Below, one piece after another: positions 47,889 to 55,931 of a stretch of 64,000 bases of DNA. The stretch is from the NCBI GenBank assembly GCA_036495685.1, contig DASXMJ010000023.1:11422-75421 (forward strand), given 5' to 3'. The notes below the pieces were generated by a model. That model saw nothing but the letters and a program-made list of their open reading frames with translations. It ran no database searches and was not told where the DNA came from. Numbering within the stretch: position 1 is the stretch's first letter; every line of letters begins with the position of its first letter. This stretch comes from Candidatus Binataceae bacterium. GTDB taxonomy: Bacteria > Desulfobacterota > Binatia > Binatales > Binataceae. A program made the translations under genes and the position numbers.

Positions 47889-48031
47889 CAGTCCGAGGAA
47901 GGCAGCGGCTTTGCTTCCTTGATCTTCATATCGCCTTCACAACACTCCAGTGCACCGGGACCCGCCTTGTTGCAGAGCACCTCGGTGCCGCAGTTTTCGC
48001 ACAGGTAACGTTTGCCAAGCATGTTTGCCAT
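47888..48031 (-). CDS. Desulforedoxin-like mini-protein paralog (47 aa, C-x2-C-G...C-C-E)
   Basis: Not in ORF track. Translation: MANMLGKRYLCENCGTEVLCNKAGPGALECCEGDMKIKEAKPLPSSD. The stop TGA overlaps the amidohydrolase ATG by 1 nt (TGATG). Confidence 0.55.
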   Translation of the reverse strand: MANMLGKRYLCENCGTEVLCNKAGPGALECCEGDMKIKEAKPLPSSD

Positions 48032-48078
48032 TTCTCGTATCTCTCCTTAGCGCTGCAGTCCGTAACAACTCGACTGCT

Positions 48079-49128
48079 TTACTTTAAACCTTGCGGAAAT
48101 GGAATGTCGGAGACCTCGGCTTCGAGCTCTCCTGCGATATCGGCGATCGTGAGTCGGGTCCCTGGCTTCCAGACGCTGTGATTCAGAATCGCAAGACCTA
48201 TGACGCCCAGTCGCGGAGAAACCTCGACACTGCTCAGCCGGCCCACTTCCTTGCCCTCGAACCGCGCCGATACATTCAGCGCCGGCACGCGTTCGCCCTC
48301 GATGACGAGGCCATAGAGCTTTTTTTTGATACCGCCTCGTGCGGTCGCACGCTCGATAGTTTCCTGGCCGACGTAACATCCCTTGTCGACTGAGATGGCG
48401 CGGTTGAGCCGCGCCTCCAAAGCGATGGTCTTGTCTGTGGAGTCAACTCCAACCCTCACGATACCGTTTTCGACCCGCACGATCTCAATGGCATCGGTCC
48501 TGATCCGCCGGAAATCCGCTCCCAGAGACTCGATCGACGAGAGGACATCCGCAACCCTTTGGCGCGGCGCCAGTATCGTCCCGGCGGAGGCCCCGAATCG
48601 TGGCAGGTTGCCAATCGATATCTCACCCGTGCGTGTCCATCTCCATTTTTCCGGCACAACCACATCCTTGGTAGTAGCCCGGATGGCCTCGGCAGCCCGC
48701 GGCCCCTCTACATCGACAACCACCAAATCGGGGCAGTCCTCGAATTCCACATCATCGGCCACCAGCAGCTTCTCCAGATGCTCGCGGGTCTGGCTCCAAG
48801 CCGCTTGGTCGATTTCAATCAGAATGGACGCGTCGTCGATCCACGCGAAAAACTCTGCGATCAGGTGCGCATGTTCGGTGAGGAACAGCGCCGGAACGAT
48901 GGCGCCAGAGCGAGCATTTTTGATGTCGTTGCTGCACATCCCGTGAAGGAACGACACCCGATCATCACCAAACACGCGAATGAGCTTGCGCTCGAAGAGC
49001 GCACATACCCCTGCACCGCGCTGAAGTACGTCGTAGTCAGCGAGTACCTGCGCACGGTTCGCAGAAGCTGGGGCTAAGGTTCTGGTCGTTTCCTGGGTGT
49101 TTTGCACGGTTCCAGAGTGCTGCGCCAA
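48079..49128 (-). CDS. ygfZ: YgfZ/GcvT-like folate-binding protein (Fe-S cluster repair/tRNA-modification associated)
   Basis: GcvT-like aminomethyltransferase folate-binding fold (VSFLHGMCSNDIKN...). Confidence 0.7.
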   Translation of the reverse strand: MAQHSGTVQNTQETTRTLAPASANRAQVLADYDVLQRGAGVCALFERKLIRVFGDDRVSFLHGMCSNDIKNARSGAIVPALFLTEHAHLIAEFFAWIDDASILIEIDQAAWSQTREHLEKLLVADDVEFEDCPDLVVVDVEGPRAAEAIRATTKDVVVPEKWRWTRTGEISIGNLPRFGASAGTILAPRQRVADVLSSIESLGADFRRIRTDAIEIVRVENGIVRVGVDSTDKTIALEARLNRAISVDKGCYVGQETIERATARGGIKKKLYGLVIEGERVPALNVSARFEGKEVGRLSSVEVSPRLGVIGLAILNHSVWKPGTRLTIADIAGELEAEVSDIPFPQGLK

Positions 49129-49265
49129 TGGTACATTTTACTAGCCGGAAGGGATGCTCGCCACCCTGCGACCGGCGAGCTCGGATTGCAGCCGGTTCAT
49201 GGTTGGCAGCGCTCCGCTGATGGCGGTCAATGGGATATGATTTAGATGGAGGGAGCCAAACATCC

Positions 49266-49403
49266 ATGGGCCCGTTCTTGTTGGGATTGATAATCGGATT
49301 TGGCGGCGCGCTTGCACTGTTCATTTACAACGAAGGCGACTTGTTCCTGAAGCTTTCGCAACAGATTAAGCAAGCCGCTCAGCGCTTCAAGCAGTCGTCG
49401 TGA
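49266..49403 (+). CDS. Putative 45-aa single-TM membrane mini-protein
   Basis: Not in ORF track. Translation: MGPFLLGLIIGFGGALALFIYNEGDLFLKLSQQIKQAAQRFKQSS. RBS GGAGGGAG 8-10 nt upstream. It ends 10 nt before the next gene. Confidence 0.4.
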   Translation: MGPFLLGLIIGFGGALALFIYNEGDLFLKLSQQIKQAAQRFKQSS

Positions 49404-49413
49404 GGCAAACAAG

Positions 49414-50292
49414 GTGCGTGGACTGTCTCTGGTCCGCTGCGCCTGCCTGGGCGCCGCGATCGCCGGCTGCCTGACGGTCATCCGATCGGCGCACGCGGCG
49501 GATGCGCCCAAAGTCGTCATCACCGCGTTTACCCCTGAGGGGGGGACCTTCCACGTAATCGGATTTCTGGAAGGCAACGATCTCGCATCGGCGGGTATTT
49601 TCGATCGGGGTGAGAAGCTCAAAGACATCGCCGTCGCAGGCACACCCGGATCCCAGCGCGTGAACTTTGATTTTGCGATTGAAGCTCCGTCGCCCACCAT
49701 GATGATCGAAGTTACCGACGGCGTCGGCCGAACCGCCTCCGCGCCAATCCTGCCGGCAAACGCGGCCTCACCCGAGGGAGCAGCCGCAAACCCCGCGCCC
49801 GCATCCACTGCCGCCGGTGAGGACACGGCCTCGGTTCCCTCTTCGCCGCCCGAAGGATCCGGCAATGCCATAGAGATCCCGCGTTACGGCGGCAGCGCGG
49901 CGCTTTCCCGCCAGCCTAATCCACGCTTCCCGGGAGGGGTCGGCAACCCGATGACCAATGTCGAGATCGGCGTCATGAGCGTGCTTCCGGTTCTCTCGAA
50001 ACCGGGTAGCTACGAAGTGACCGGGCAGATCGTGGGCGCGGGGATTCGCCGCGCCGGCATCTTTGTCAGTGGCCGCCCGGTTAGGCCGATTCCGGTGGCG
50101 GCCGGGACCTTCACGCCATTTGACGTGGTCTTTCCGCTCACCGGGGGACGCAACGTGACCATCCGCGCATACGGGGCGGGCAATCAGTACATCGAACTGC
50201 CGATAAACCTGGACAGCCCGGCAGCGATGTACAGCAATCCTTACACACCGCCGCGCGGTCCGCTGATGAATCGGTATGGTCCTCCGCCCTAG
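49414..50292 (+). CDS. Secreted hypothetical protein (signal peptide; Ala/Pro-rich linker; C-terminal beta-rich region)
   Basis: The signal peptide MRGLSLVRCACLGAAIAGCLTVIRSAHAADAP is cleavable. No recognisable catalytic motif. Confidence 0.55.
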   Translation: MRGLSLVRCACLGAAIAGCLTVIRSAHAADAPKVVITAFTPEGGTFHVIGFLEGNDLASAGIFDRGEKLKDIAVAGTPGSQRVNFDFAIEAPSPTMMIEVTDGVGRTASAPILPANAASPEGAAANPAPASTAAGEDTASVPSSPPEGSGNAIEIPRYGGSAALSRQPNPRFPGGVGNPMTNVEIGVMSVLPVLSKPGSYEVTGQIVGAGIRRAGIFVSGRPVRPIPVAAGTFTPFDVVFPLTGGRNVTIRAYGAGNQYIELPINLDSPAAMYSNPYTPPRGPLMNRYGPPP

Positions 50293-50366
50293 GAGGCCAA
50301 CTTGCCCGCTAGCGGCGCCTTGGATAAATTTCTTTTTCTTAACTTCCCATCGAGAGTGCATAGACA

Positions 50367-50930
50367 ATGCTGATTCAAGCGACGCAACTCCGCGCCGGAA
50401 TGGTGTTGGAATACAACAAAGACCTTTGGCGGGTGATGACGGTAACCCACATCACGCCAGGCAACTGGCGCGGGATGGTCCAAACCAAGCTGCGCAATAT
50501 CAAGAGCGGCTCGCAGACCGAAAATCGGTTTCGTTCCGAAGATCGCGTCGAGCGAATCATCCTGAGCCAGCACACGATGCAATTTCTTTATCAGGATGGC
50601 GATGATTTTCATTTCATGAACACGGAAACCTTCGAACAGATCACCATTCCAAAAGAACTGATCGAGGACGTCGCCGGTTTTCTCACGCCGAATCTGGAAG
50701 TCGAAGTCGAGTTCTACGAGACGACTCCCCTCAACGTGACCCTGCCCAAGACCGTCAGCCTCAAGGTCATGCAGACCGATCCCGGCATGAGAAACGCAGC
50801 GGTGACCAATACCTTGAAACCGGCAACGGTGGAGACCGGGATGGTGATTCAGGTCCCGCACTTCGTCGCCGAGGGCGACACGATTACGATCAACACCGAA
50901 ACCAGAGAGTACCTGTCGCGCTCCAAGTGA
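50367..50930 (+). CDS. efp: Elongation factor P
   Basis: FHFMNTETFEQ...KPATVETGMVIQVPHFV...TETREYLSRSK. The tip loop reads TPGNWRGM instead of KPGKGQAF. Confidence 0.88.
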   Translation: MLIQATQLRAGMVLEYNKDLWRVMTVTHITPGNWRGMVQTKLRNIKSGSQTENRFRSEDRVERIILSQHTMQFLYQDGDDFHFMNTETFEQITIPKELIEDVAGFLTPNLEVEVEFYETTPLNVTLPKTVSLKVMQTDPGMRNAAVTNTLKPATVETGMVIQVPHFVAEGDTITINTETREYLSRSK

Positions 50931-50973
50931 GCGCCCACCGCCCGGCACGTCGCCAAATGCCGCGCGGGATCGA

Positions 50974-52119
50974 GTGATGAACCGCGCAGCGCGTCAACCC
51001 CTCGAACGCAGGCCGCCGGCGTCGCGGCCGCTGCGCTTTGGACCACAGCTGTTCATCGCGCAGACTCAACCTGGATTCGAGTCGATCGTGTGGAGCGAGA
51101 TCGAAGCTCGGGTACCCTCCGCTCGCGAACAGGCGCGCCGGCAGGTTGGGGATCGCGCGGGACTGTCGATATTTACCACCTCCACTCCTCACAAGCTGCG
51201 CTCGCTTCGCTGTGCAGAAGATGTCCTTCTCCTGGCCGGCTATCGCTACGGCCTAAGCAGCGAATCCGCTGGGCTCGATCAGATTCGTTTTGCCTCTCGC
51301 GAGGCGCCCTTTGTAGAAGAAGCACTCAATGCCCGCGTGGTCTTCCAGCCTGCGGCGCGCGCCGGACGTCGACTGCGCTTCCGGGTCGTCGCCCGACAGG
51401 TGGGCGACCACGAGTTTCGTCGCGTCGACCTCCAACGCGTTGTCGGCCTCGGCATCGCGGAACGCCGCGACCATACCTGGCGTCTCGATGAGGACGCGGC
51501 GGACGTTGAATTCTGGGCAACCCAGATCGGCAGCGAACTGCTGCTCGGGATCCGCCTCAGTGATGAGCGCATGCGCCACCGCGATTACAAGATCGCACAT
51601 CGCCCTGGTTCGCTACGCCCGGCCGTGGCCGCCGCGATGGCCTGGCTTTCCGACCCGCGCGATGACGATATCCTCCTCGACCCATTCTGTGGCGTCGGCA
51701 CGGTGCTCATCGAACGCGCCCACCTGGGACGCTATCGAAACCTCATCGGGAGTGATCGCGACCCGAGCGCGATTCGTGCCGCGCGGGAAAACATCGGACC
51801 GCGCTTCAAGCCGCTCGAACTCCATGACGACTGGGACGCCGGCGCGCTACCGCTGGCGGATGCGAGCGTGACAAAAATCGCAACCAACCTGCCCTGGGGG
51901 ATAAAGCACGGCTCGCATGCCGTGAATCGTCGCCGCTATGGCGATTGGCTCGCGGAAATGAATCGCGTGCTGGCGCCGGAGGGAAAAATGGTCCTACTTA
52001 CGGCGGAGTGGCGACTGATGCGCGATCTGATCGAGCGCGGCGCACTGGCAGTCGAGAACCGGTTGCGGGTGACGGTATTGGGTGCGCCGGCCTCGCTCTA
52101 TCTGTGCAAAAAGGTCTGA
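50974..52119 (+). CDS. THUMP-domain class I SAM-dependent RNA methyltransferase (UPF0020/RlmL-like)
   Basis: N-terminal THUMP-like region and a methyltransferase core with DPFCGVGT (motif I) and NLPWG (motif IV, N6-A/N2-G type). Confidence 0.75.
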   Translation: MMNRAARQPLERRPPASRPLRFGPQLFIAQTQPGFESIVWSEIEARVPSAREQARRQVGDRAGLSIFTTSTPHKLRSLRCAEDVLLLAGYRYGLSSESAGLDQIRFASREAPFVEEALNARVVFQPAARAGRRLRFRVVARQVGDHEFRRVDLQRVVGLGIAERRDHTWRLDEDAADVEFWATQIGSELLLGIRLSDERMRHRDYKIAHRPGSLRPAVAAAMAWLSDPRDDDILLDPFCGVGTVLIERAHLGRYRNLIGSDRDPSAIRAARENIGPRFKPLELHDDWDAGALPLADASVTKIATNLPWGIKHGSHAVNRRRYGDWLAEMNRVLAPEGKMVLLTAEWRLMRDLIERGALAVENRLRVTVLGAPASLYLCKKV

Positions 52120-52129
52120 GCGTCCTCGG

Positions 52130-52978
52130 TCACACCGCATTGAAACCGGCTTGGCTGAACAGCACCCGATCGCGACCCATCCGCGACTGCAACCGTGCAA
52201 GCAGCTCGCGTTCGGCCCCTGGCTGGAACCATGTCGCGTAGCCCAGCCTTTCGTAGAGGTCGCCCACCCCGAGCGCGCGCGAGCGTCGCCCGCTCGCACC
52301 GTCGCCTTCGAAATAGGTGTCGAGCACCGCGCGATCTGAAACGTTCGCAACCATCTCGGCGAAGCGAGCGGGATGGTTCGGCATCATGGGAGCAATCGCA
52401 ACCTGCACGAAGATTCCCGCGTCGCGTAGACGCGCACAGGTTAGAAGCCTTCTCTCCACTGACGAAGAGGTGGGAGTGATTGCACGCCGCACCGACTCAT
52501 CGTCGGTCTCCAGGGTGATCGACACGATCAGCGAACCGCCAAGCGCCCGGAGCAGCTCGATGTCCCGTTCCACCATGGGACTTCGCGTCTGCACGAGCAG
52601 GCGGCGAATTCGATGCCGGTGAAATATCTCCAACGAGCGGCGAGTCAGTTCGAGCCGTCGTTCGAGGCCCTGGTAAGGGTCGGTCGCCGACGACATGAAA
52701 ACCGTGACCGCATCCAGCCGGCCGGCCCGCTCCAAGGCGCAGAGCTCTTTTTCGAGCAGGTCCGGAAGGTTGGATTTGGCAATCACCCATTCGCCCCACC
52801 CTCCTTTCTGCGCATGAGCGACGGGCAGCATCCTGACGTAGCAGAATGGACAACCACCGCCAGCGCCGAATCCACACCCGACGTACGGATTTAGCGAGTA
52901 CGCGAATCCTTTCAGGAACCCACCGGTCGGGGTAAGCGCGCGGGTTGCGGGCCGCGATGTGTAGCGGCGTCCCGCCAC
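52130..52978 (-). CDS. Radical SAM protein of the SplB/COG1533 (spore-photoproduct-lyase-like DNA repair) family
   Basis: SLNPYVGCGFGAGGGCPFCYV Cys cluster and a TIM-barrel-sized body. It abuts the upstream TolB-like gene with no gap. Confidence 0.6.
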   Translation of the reverse strand: MAGRRYTSRPATRALTPTGGFLKGFAYSLNPYVGCGFGAGGGCPFCYVRMLPVAHAQKGGWGEWVIAKSNLPDLLEKELCALERAGRLDAVTVFMSSATDPYQGLERRLELTRRSLEIFHRHRIRRLLVQTRSPMVERDIELLRALGGSLIVSITLETDDESVRRAITPTSSSVERRLLTCARLRDAGIFVQVAIAPMMPNHPARFAEMVANVSDRAVLDTYFEGDGASGRRSRALGVGDLYERLGYATWFQPGAERELLARLQSRMGRDRVLFSQAGFNAV

Positions 52979-54316
52979 TTACTTTTGCGCGGGAGAGTAG
53001 AAGGCTTGTACTCCGGCGTCGACCTGCCGCGGATTGCTGCCATCGATCGGAACAACCCAAACCGAGGGCGGGGGAGTATTTTGCATCTCCGCATTCGGCT
53101 CGACCAGCAAACGCACACCCGCGAAAACAATCGCGGTGGAGTTGGTTGACCAGTTGGAGTGCGACAGCGCAAGCTGCTCGAAAAAACGATAAGCGATCGA
53201 CTCCTCTTGGGTCGAGAGAAAGCGGCCCAGGTCGCGGGTCTCATTGTTCTTTAAATTCACCACCTTCCACACGTAGTAGGGTTTCTCGCTGGGCACCCCG
53301 ATGTAGGCGAGGTAACGCGCATCGGGCGAGAAGAAATATGCCGCGACCTCATCCTGGGTTAGGTCGCGCGAACTCGCATCCTGGATATCGACCAGTTTGA
53401 TCCCGTGAAAAGTGGGATCATGTGGAACGACGGTGGTCGCGTATGCAAGGTGGCGGGAATCGGGCGACCACACCAGACTGTTGTCGCCGACTGGCAGGCT
53501 CACGATCGATCGAGCATGATCGCCGTTCGTGTCGGCCACCACGATGTTCGATTCGGCGTGATAGTTCGCGATATAGGCGAGATGCTTGCCGTCCGGAGAC
53601 CAGCACGGAGTCTTGAAGGGAGTGCGGCCGCTGGAAAGCACTTTGTCGACTTGCTGATTAGTCTCGGTAACCGAAAGCAGACCCACTCGCTCGGTGCTCT
53701 GCGGGTCGGACCCGGAGGTGTGAAAGACCAAGCGATCCCCGGTGCTGTGCCAATCGAAATACAGAGGGATACCCGTCATCACGATCCGGATCGGCGCGCC
53801 TTCCTTGGCCTCGCAAAGCATCAGGCTGAGCCCTGCCGGCTCGTCCAACAAAAAGGAAATGTGTTTGTTGTCGGCCAGCCAGTAGATGTAGACGACATGC
53901 TCGTTGCGGCTCTGGTAGATCTGCGCGGCCTGCCGACGGGCCAGATCATAGACCCATACCGCGAATGATTGGCCGTGGGGGCCCTGTCCAACCGAGGAAT
54001 AGGCAATGCGGGTACCGTCGGGTGAGAATGTCGGCCATCCATATTGCAGTATCTCGGACTTCTCGTCCGCTGGCTGGTAGGCGATGGGAAGCGCGCCGGT
54101 TTCGCGTCGCACCTGCAAGCCCTGCGCCGGGCAGGTCAGGCACTCCGGCTTCGCGCCGGCGTCATGCGCATAGTGGATGTTATTGTCGGTCCCGACAAAG
54201 ACGATGGCTCCCGCCGGCACCGCGGCTATCGCAGCGCGACTCGGGACGACCGGAGCGCCAGCCGCTGCGAGAACAAGCGCCACAGCCCACAGCAAAACAC
54301 TCGACCTGCGTAGCAT
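52979..54316 (-). CDS. Periplasmic WD40-like beta-propeller (TolB/PD40-repeat) protein
   Basis: Signal peptide MLRRSSVLLWAVALVLAAAGAP. Repeated ...SPDG..LAY... blades (FSPDGTRIAYS, WSPDGKHLAYI, WSPDSRHLAYA, FSPDARYLAYI). The upstream extension is rejected. Confidence 0.75.
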   Translation of the reverse strand: MLRRSSVLLWAVALVLAAAGAPVVPSRAAIAAVPAGAIVFVGTDNNIHYAHDAGAKPECLTCPAQGLQVRRETGALPIAYQPADEKSEILQYGWPTFSPDGTRIAYSSVGQGPHGQSFAVWVYDLARRQAAQIYQSRNEHVVYIYWLADNKHISFLLDEPAGLSLMLCEAKEGAPIRIVMTGIPLYFDWHSTGDRLVFHTSGSDPQSTERVGLLSVTETNQQVDKVLSSGRTPFKTPCWSPDGKHLAYIANYHAESNIVVADTNGDHARSIVSLPVGDNSLVWSPDSRHLAYATTVVPHDPTFHGIKLVDIQDASSRDLTQDEVAAYFFSPDARYLAYIGVPSEKPYYVWKVVNLKNNETRDLGRFLSTQEESIAYRFFEQLALSHSNWSTNSTAIVFAGVRLLVEPNAEMQNTPPPSVWVVPIDGSNPRQVDAGVQAFYSPAQK

Positions 54317-54430
54317 CAAATGTACAATCGCTCCGGCGAACGGCGAAGGCAAGCCGCCGACGGACGCGGTCGCGTCTCGCACGCATCCTGCGGGTTGACA
54401 CCGGACCGGTCTCGGGACCAAAGTTAGACC

Positions 54431-54850
54431 ATGTGGCGGGCAACATTCGTGTTAAGCGCTGCGCTGTTATTGGTCGCGCCTTCCTTCGTGCGCGCCCAGG
54501 GTTATTCCGACCTGGATAAACAGGATCCGACCGAGTACGACGATCAAGATTCGCAACTCCTGAATATGGTCAGCTACGTGTTGCGCCCGATCGGTTTCAC
54601 TTTGGAATGGGGAATCGCGCGGCCGCTGCACTACTTGGCAACCCAGAGCCCGGTTGCCCCGGTGCTCGGTGCAAACACCGATTCCGATCGCGAGCGGCTG
54701 CCGCCGATCACCCAGTTACCGCTACCGGACGATATCCAGGAAAGCGCCACCACACATCACGACACCGTTATCAGCTCGCCGTATCAAGCCCCCGTCAGTT
54801 CCGCGACTCCGGCGCAATCGGCGGGGTCAAATCAGCCGGTTCTGCATTGA
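54431..54850 (+). CDS. Secreted hypothetical protein (signal peptide, acidic, low complexity)
   Basis: Signal peptide MWRATFVLSAALLLVAPSFVRAQG; no similarity I can recognise. Confidence 0.45.
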   Translation: MWRATFVLSAALLLVAPSFVRAQGYSDLDKQDPTEYDDQDSQLLNMVSYVLRPIGFTLEWGIARPLHYLATQSPVAPVLGANTDSDRERLPPITQLPLPDDIQESATTHHDTVISSPYQAPVSSATPAQSAGSNQPVLH

Positions 54851-54910
54851 TGTTTTGGACGGCGAGTGGACTCCTGCCGGTCTCCCATTGAATTGTTCCG
54901 GTTTTCCACG

Positions 54911-54926
54911 TTAGAATTTTTTCTAA
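54911..54926. promoter_or_regulatory. Perfect palindrome TTAGAATTTTTTCTAA upstream of the Rieske gene (second palindrome GGATTACCTAATCC at 54948-54961)
   Basis: Both palindromes were read directly from the sequence; they lie 70 and 36 nt upstream of the Rieske ATG (54997). Confidence 0.4.
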
Positions 54927-54996
54927 TCGGCACGCGTCTAACAATGAGGATTACCTAATCCGTCGTCAGTCGGGCGGAGGTTCGAAAAGCATCTAA

Positions 54997-55605
54997 ATGG
55001 CCGCAGCACTGAAGGATAAAGCACCGACCGATCCGGCCGAACTCGCGAAGTGGCGGGCGGACGAGCAGGCGAAAGAACGCGCGCGGCGCGACAAGGAAAA
55101 GACCGAGATCGGTTCGCTGTGGAGCCGGCGGGATTTTCTGGGGCGCCTTGGGTGGGGCGGGTTTGGAGCTTTCGCCACCATCGGTTTGCTGGCTGCAGTT
55201 CGCTCGGCCTTTCCGCGGGTGCTGTTTTTGCCGCCCTCCAAATTTTCTGCCGGTTACCCGGGCGATTATGTGATCGGCGAGGTGAGCGAGAAATTCAAGC
55301 AGGATTTTCGGACCTGGATCGTCCGCACCAAGGCGGGTTTCTACGCCATCTTTGCAAAGTGTACCCACCTCGGATGTACTCCGCGGTGGCTCAAGACCGA
55401 GCAGAAGTTCAAATGCCCGTGCCACGGCTCCGGCTACTACATCAGCGGACTCAACTTCGAAGGTCCGGCACCGCGGCCAATGGATCGCTTCAAGATTTCG
55501 CTTGGCGATGACGGTCAGTTGATTGTCGACAAGTCGGTCCTCTACGAAATGCAGCCGGGAGTCGACCCCAACGAACAGCACCCCGAGAGCATTCTCAAGG
55601 CTTGA
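54997..55605 (+). CDS. Rieske [2Fe-2S] iron-sulfur protein with twin-arginine signal (QcrA/PetC-like)
   Basis: Tat motif SRRDFLG followed by a TM helix; Rieske boxes CTHLGC and CPCHGS. Confidence 0.85.
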   Translation: MAAALKDKAPTDPAELAKWRADEQAKERARRDKEKTEIGSLWSRRDFLGRLGWGGFGAFATIGLLAAVRSAFPRVLFLPPSKFSAGYPGDYVIGEVSEKFKQDFRTWIVRTKAGFYAIFAKCTHLGCTPRWLKTEQKFKCPCHGSGYYISGLNFEGPAPRPMDRFKISLGDDGQLIVDKSVLYEMQPGVDPNEQHPESILKA

Positions 55606-55931
55606 GCTGAATCGCCGAGCTTTTTGAGCGGCGCGGGAAACCAATCGTTCGCGCATTTGGGTTGGTTTGAGAAAGCGATCGCCCCGATGCGCGTCCTCTG
55701 TCCGTGGGCGCGACCCCCACGTCTTTCGGCACCTAGAGCACCGCGCAAACGCCAGGCGAGTCGACTCGCAGGCTCGTTATCAGCGCACCGAATTACCTGC
55801 GGCTATGGGCCGATCGAAGTAAGTTCAATCGCACATGACGAGCGAAAGTCGCGGACCCCGAGCGGCGAAGCCGGTCGGAGTCGCGCCATCTCGGGTGAGC
55901 GGGCATTAGTGATGCTACCGCTGCGGTTGTC

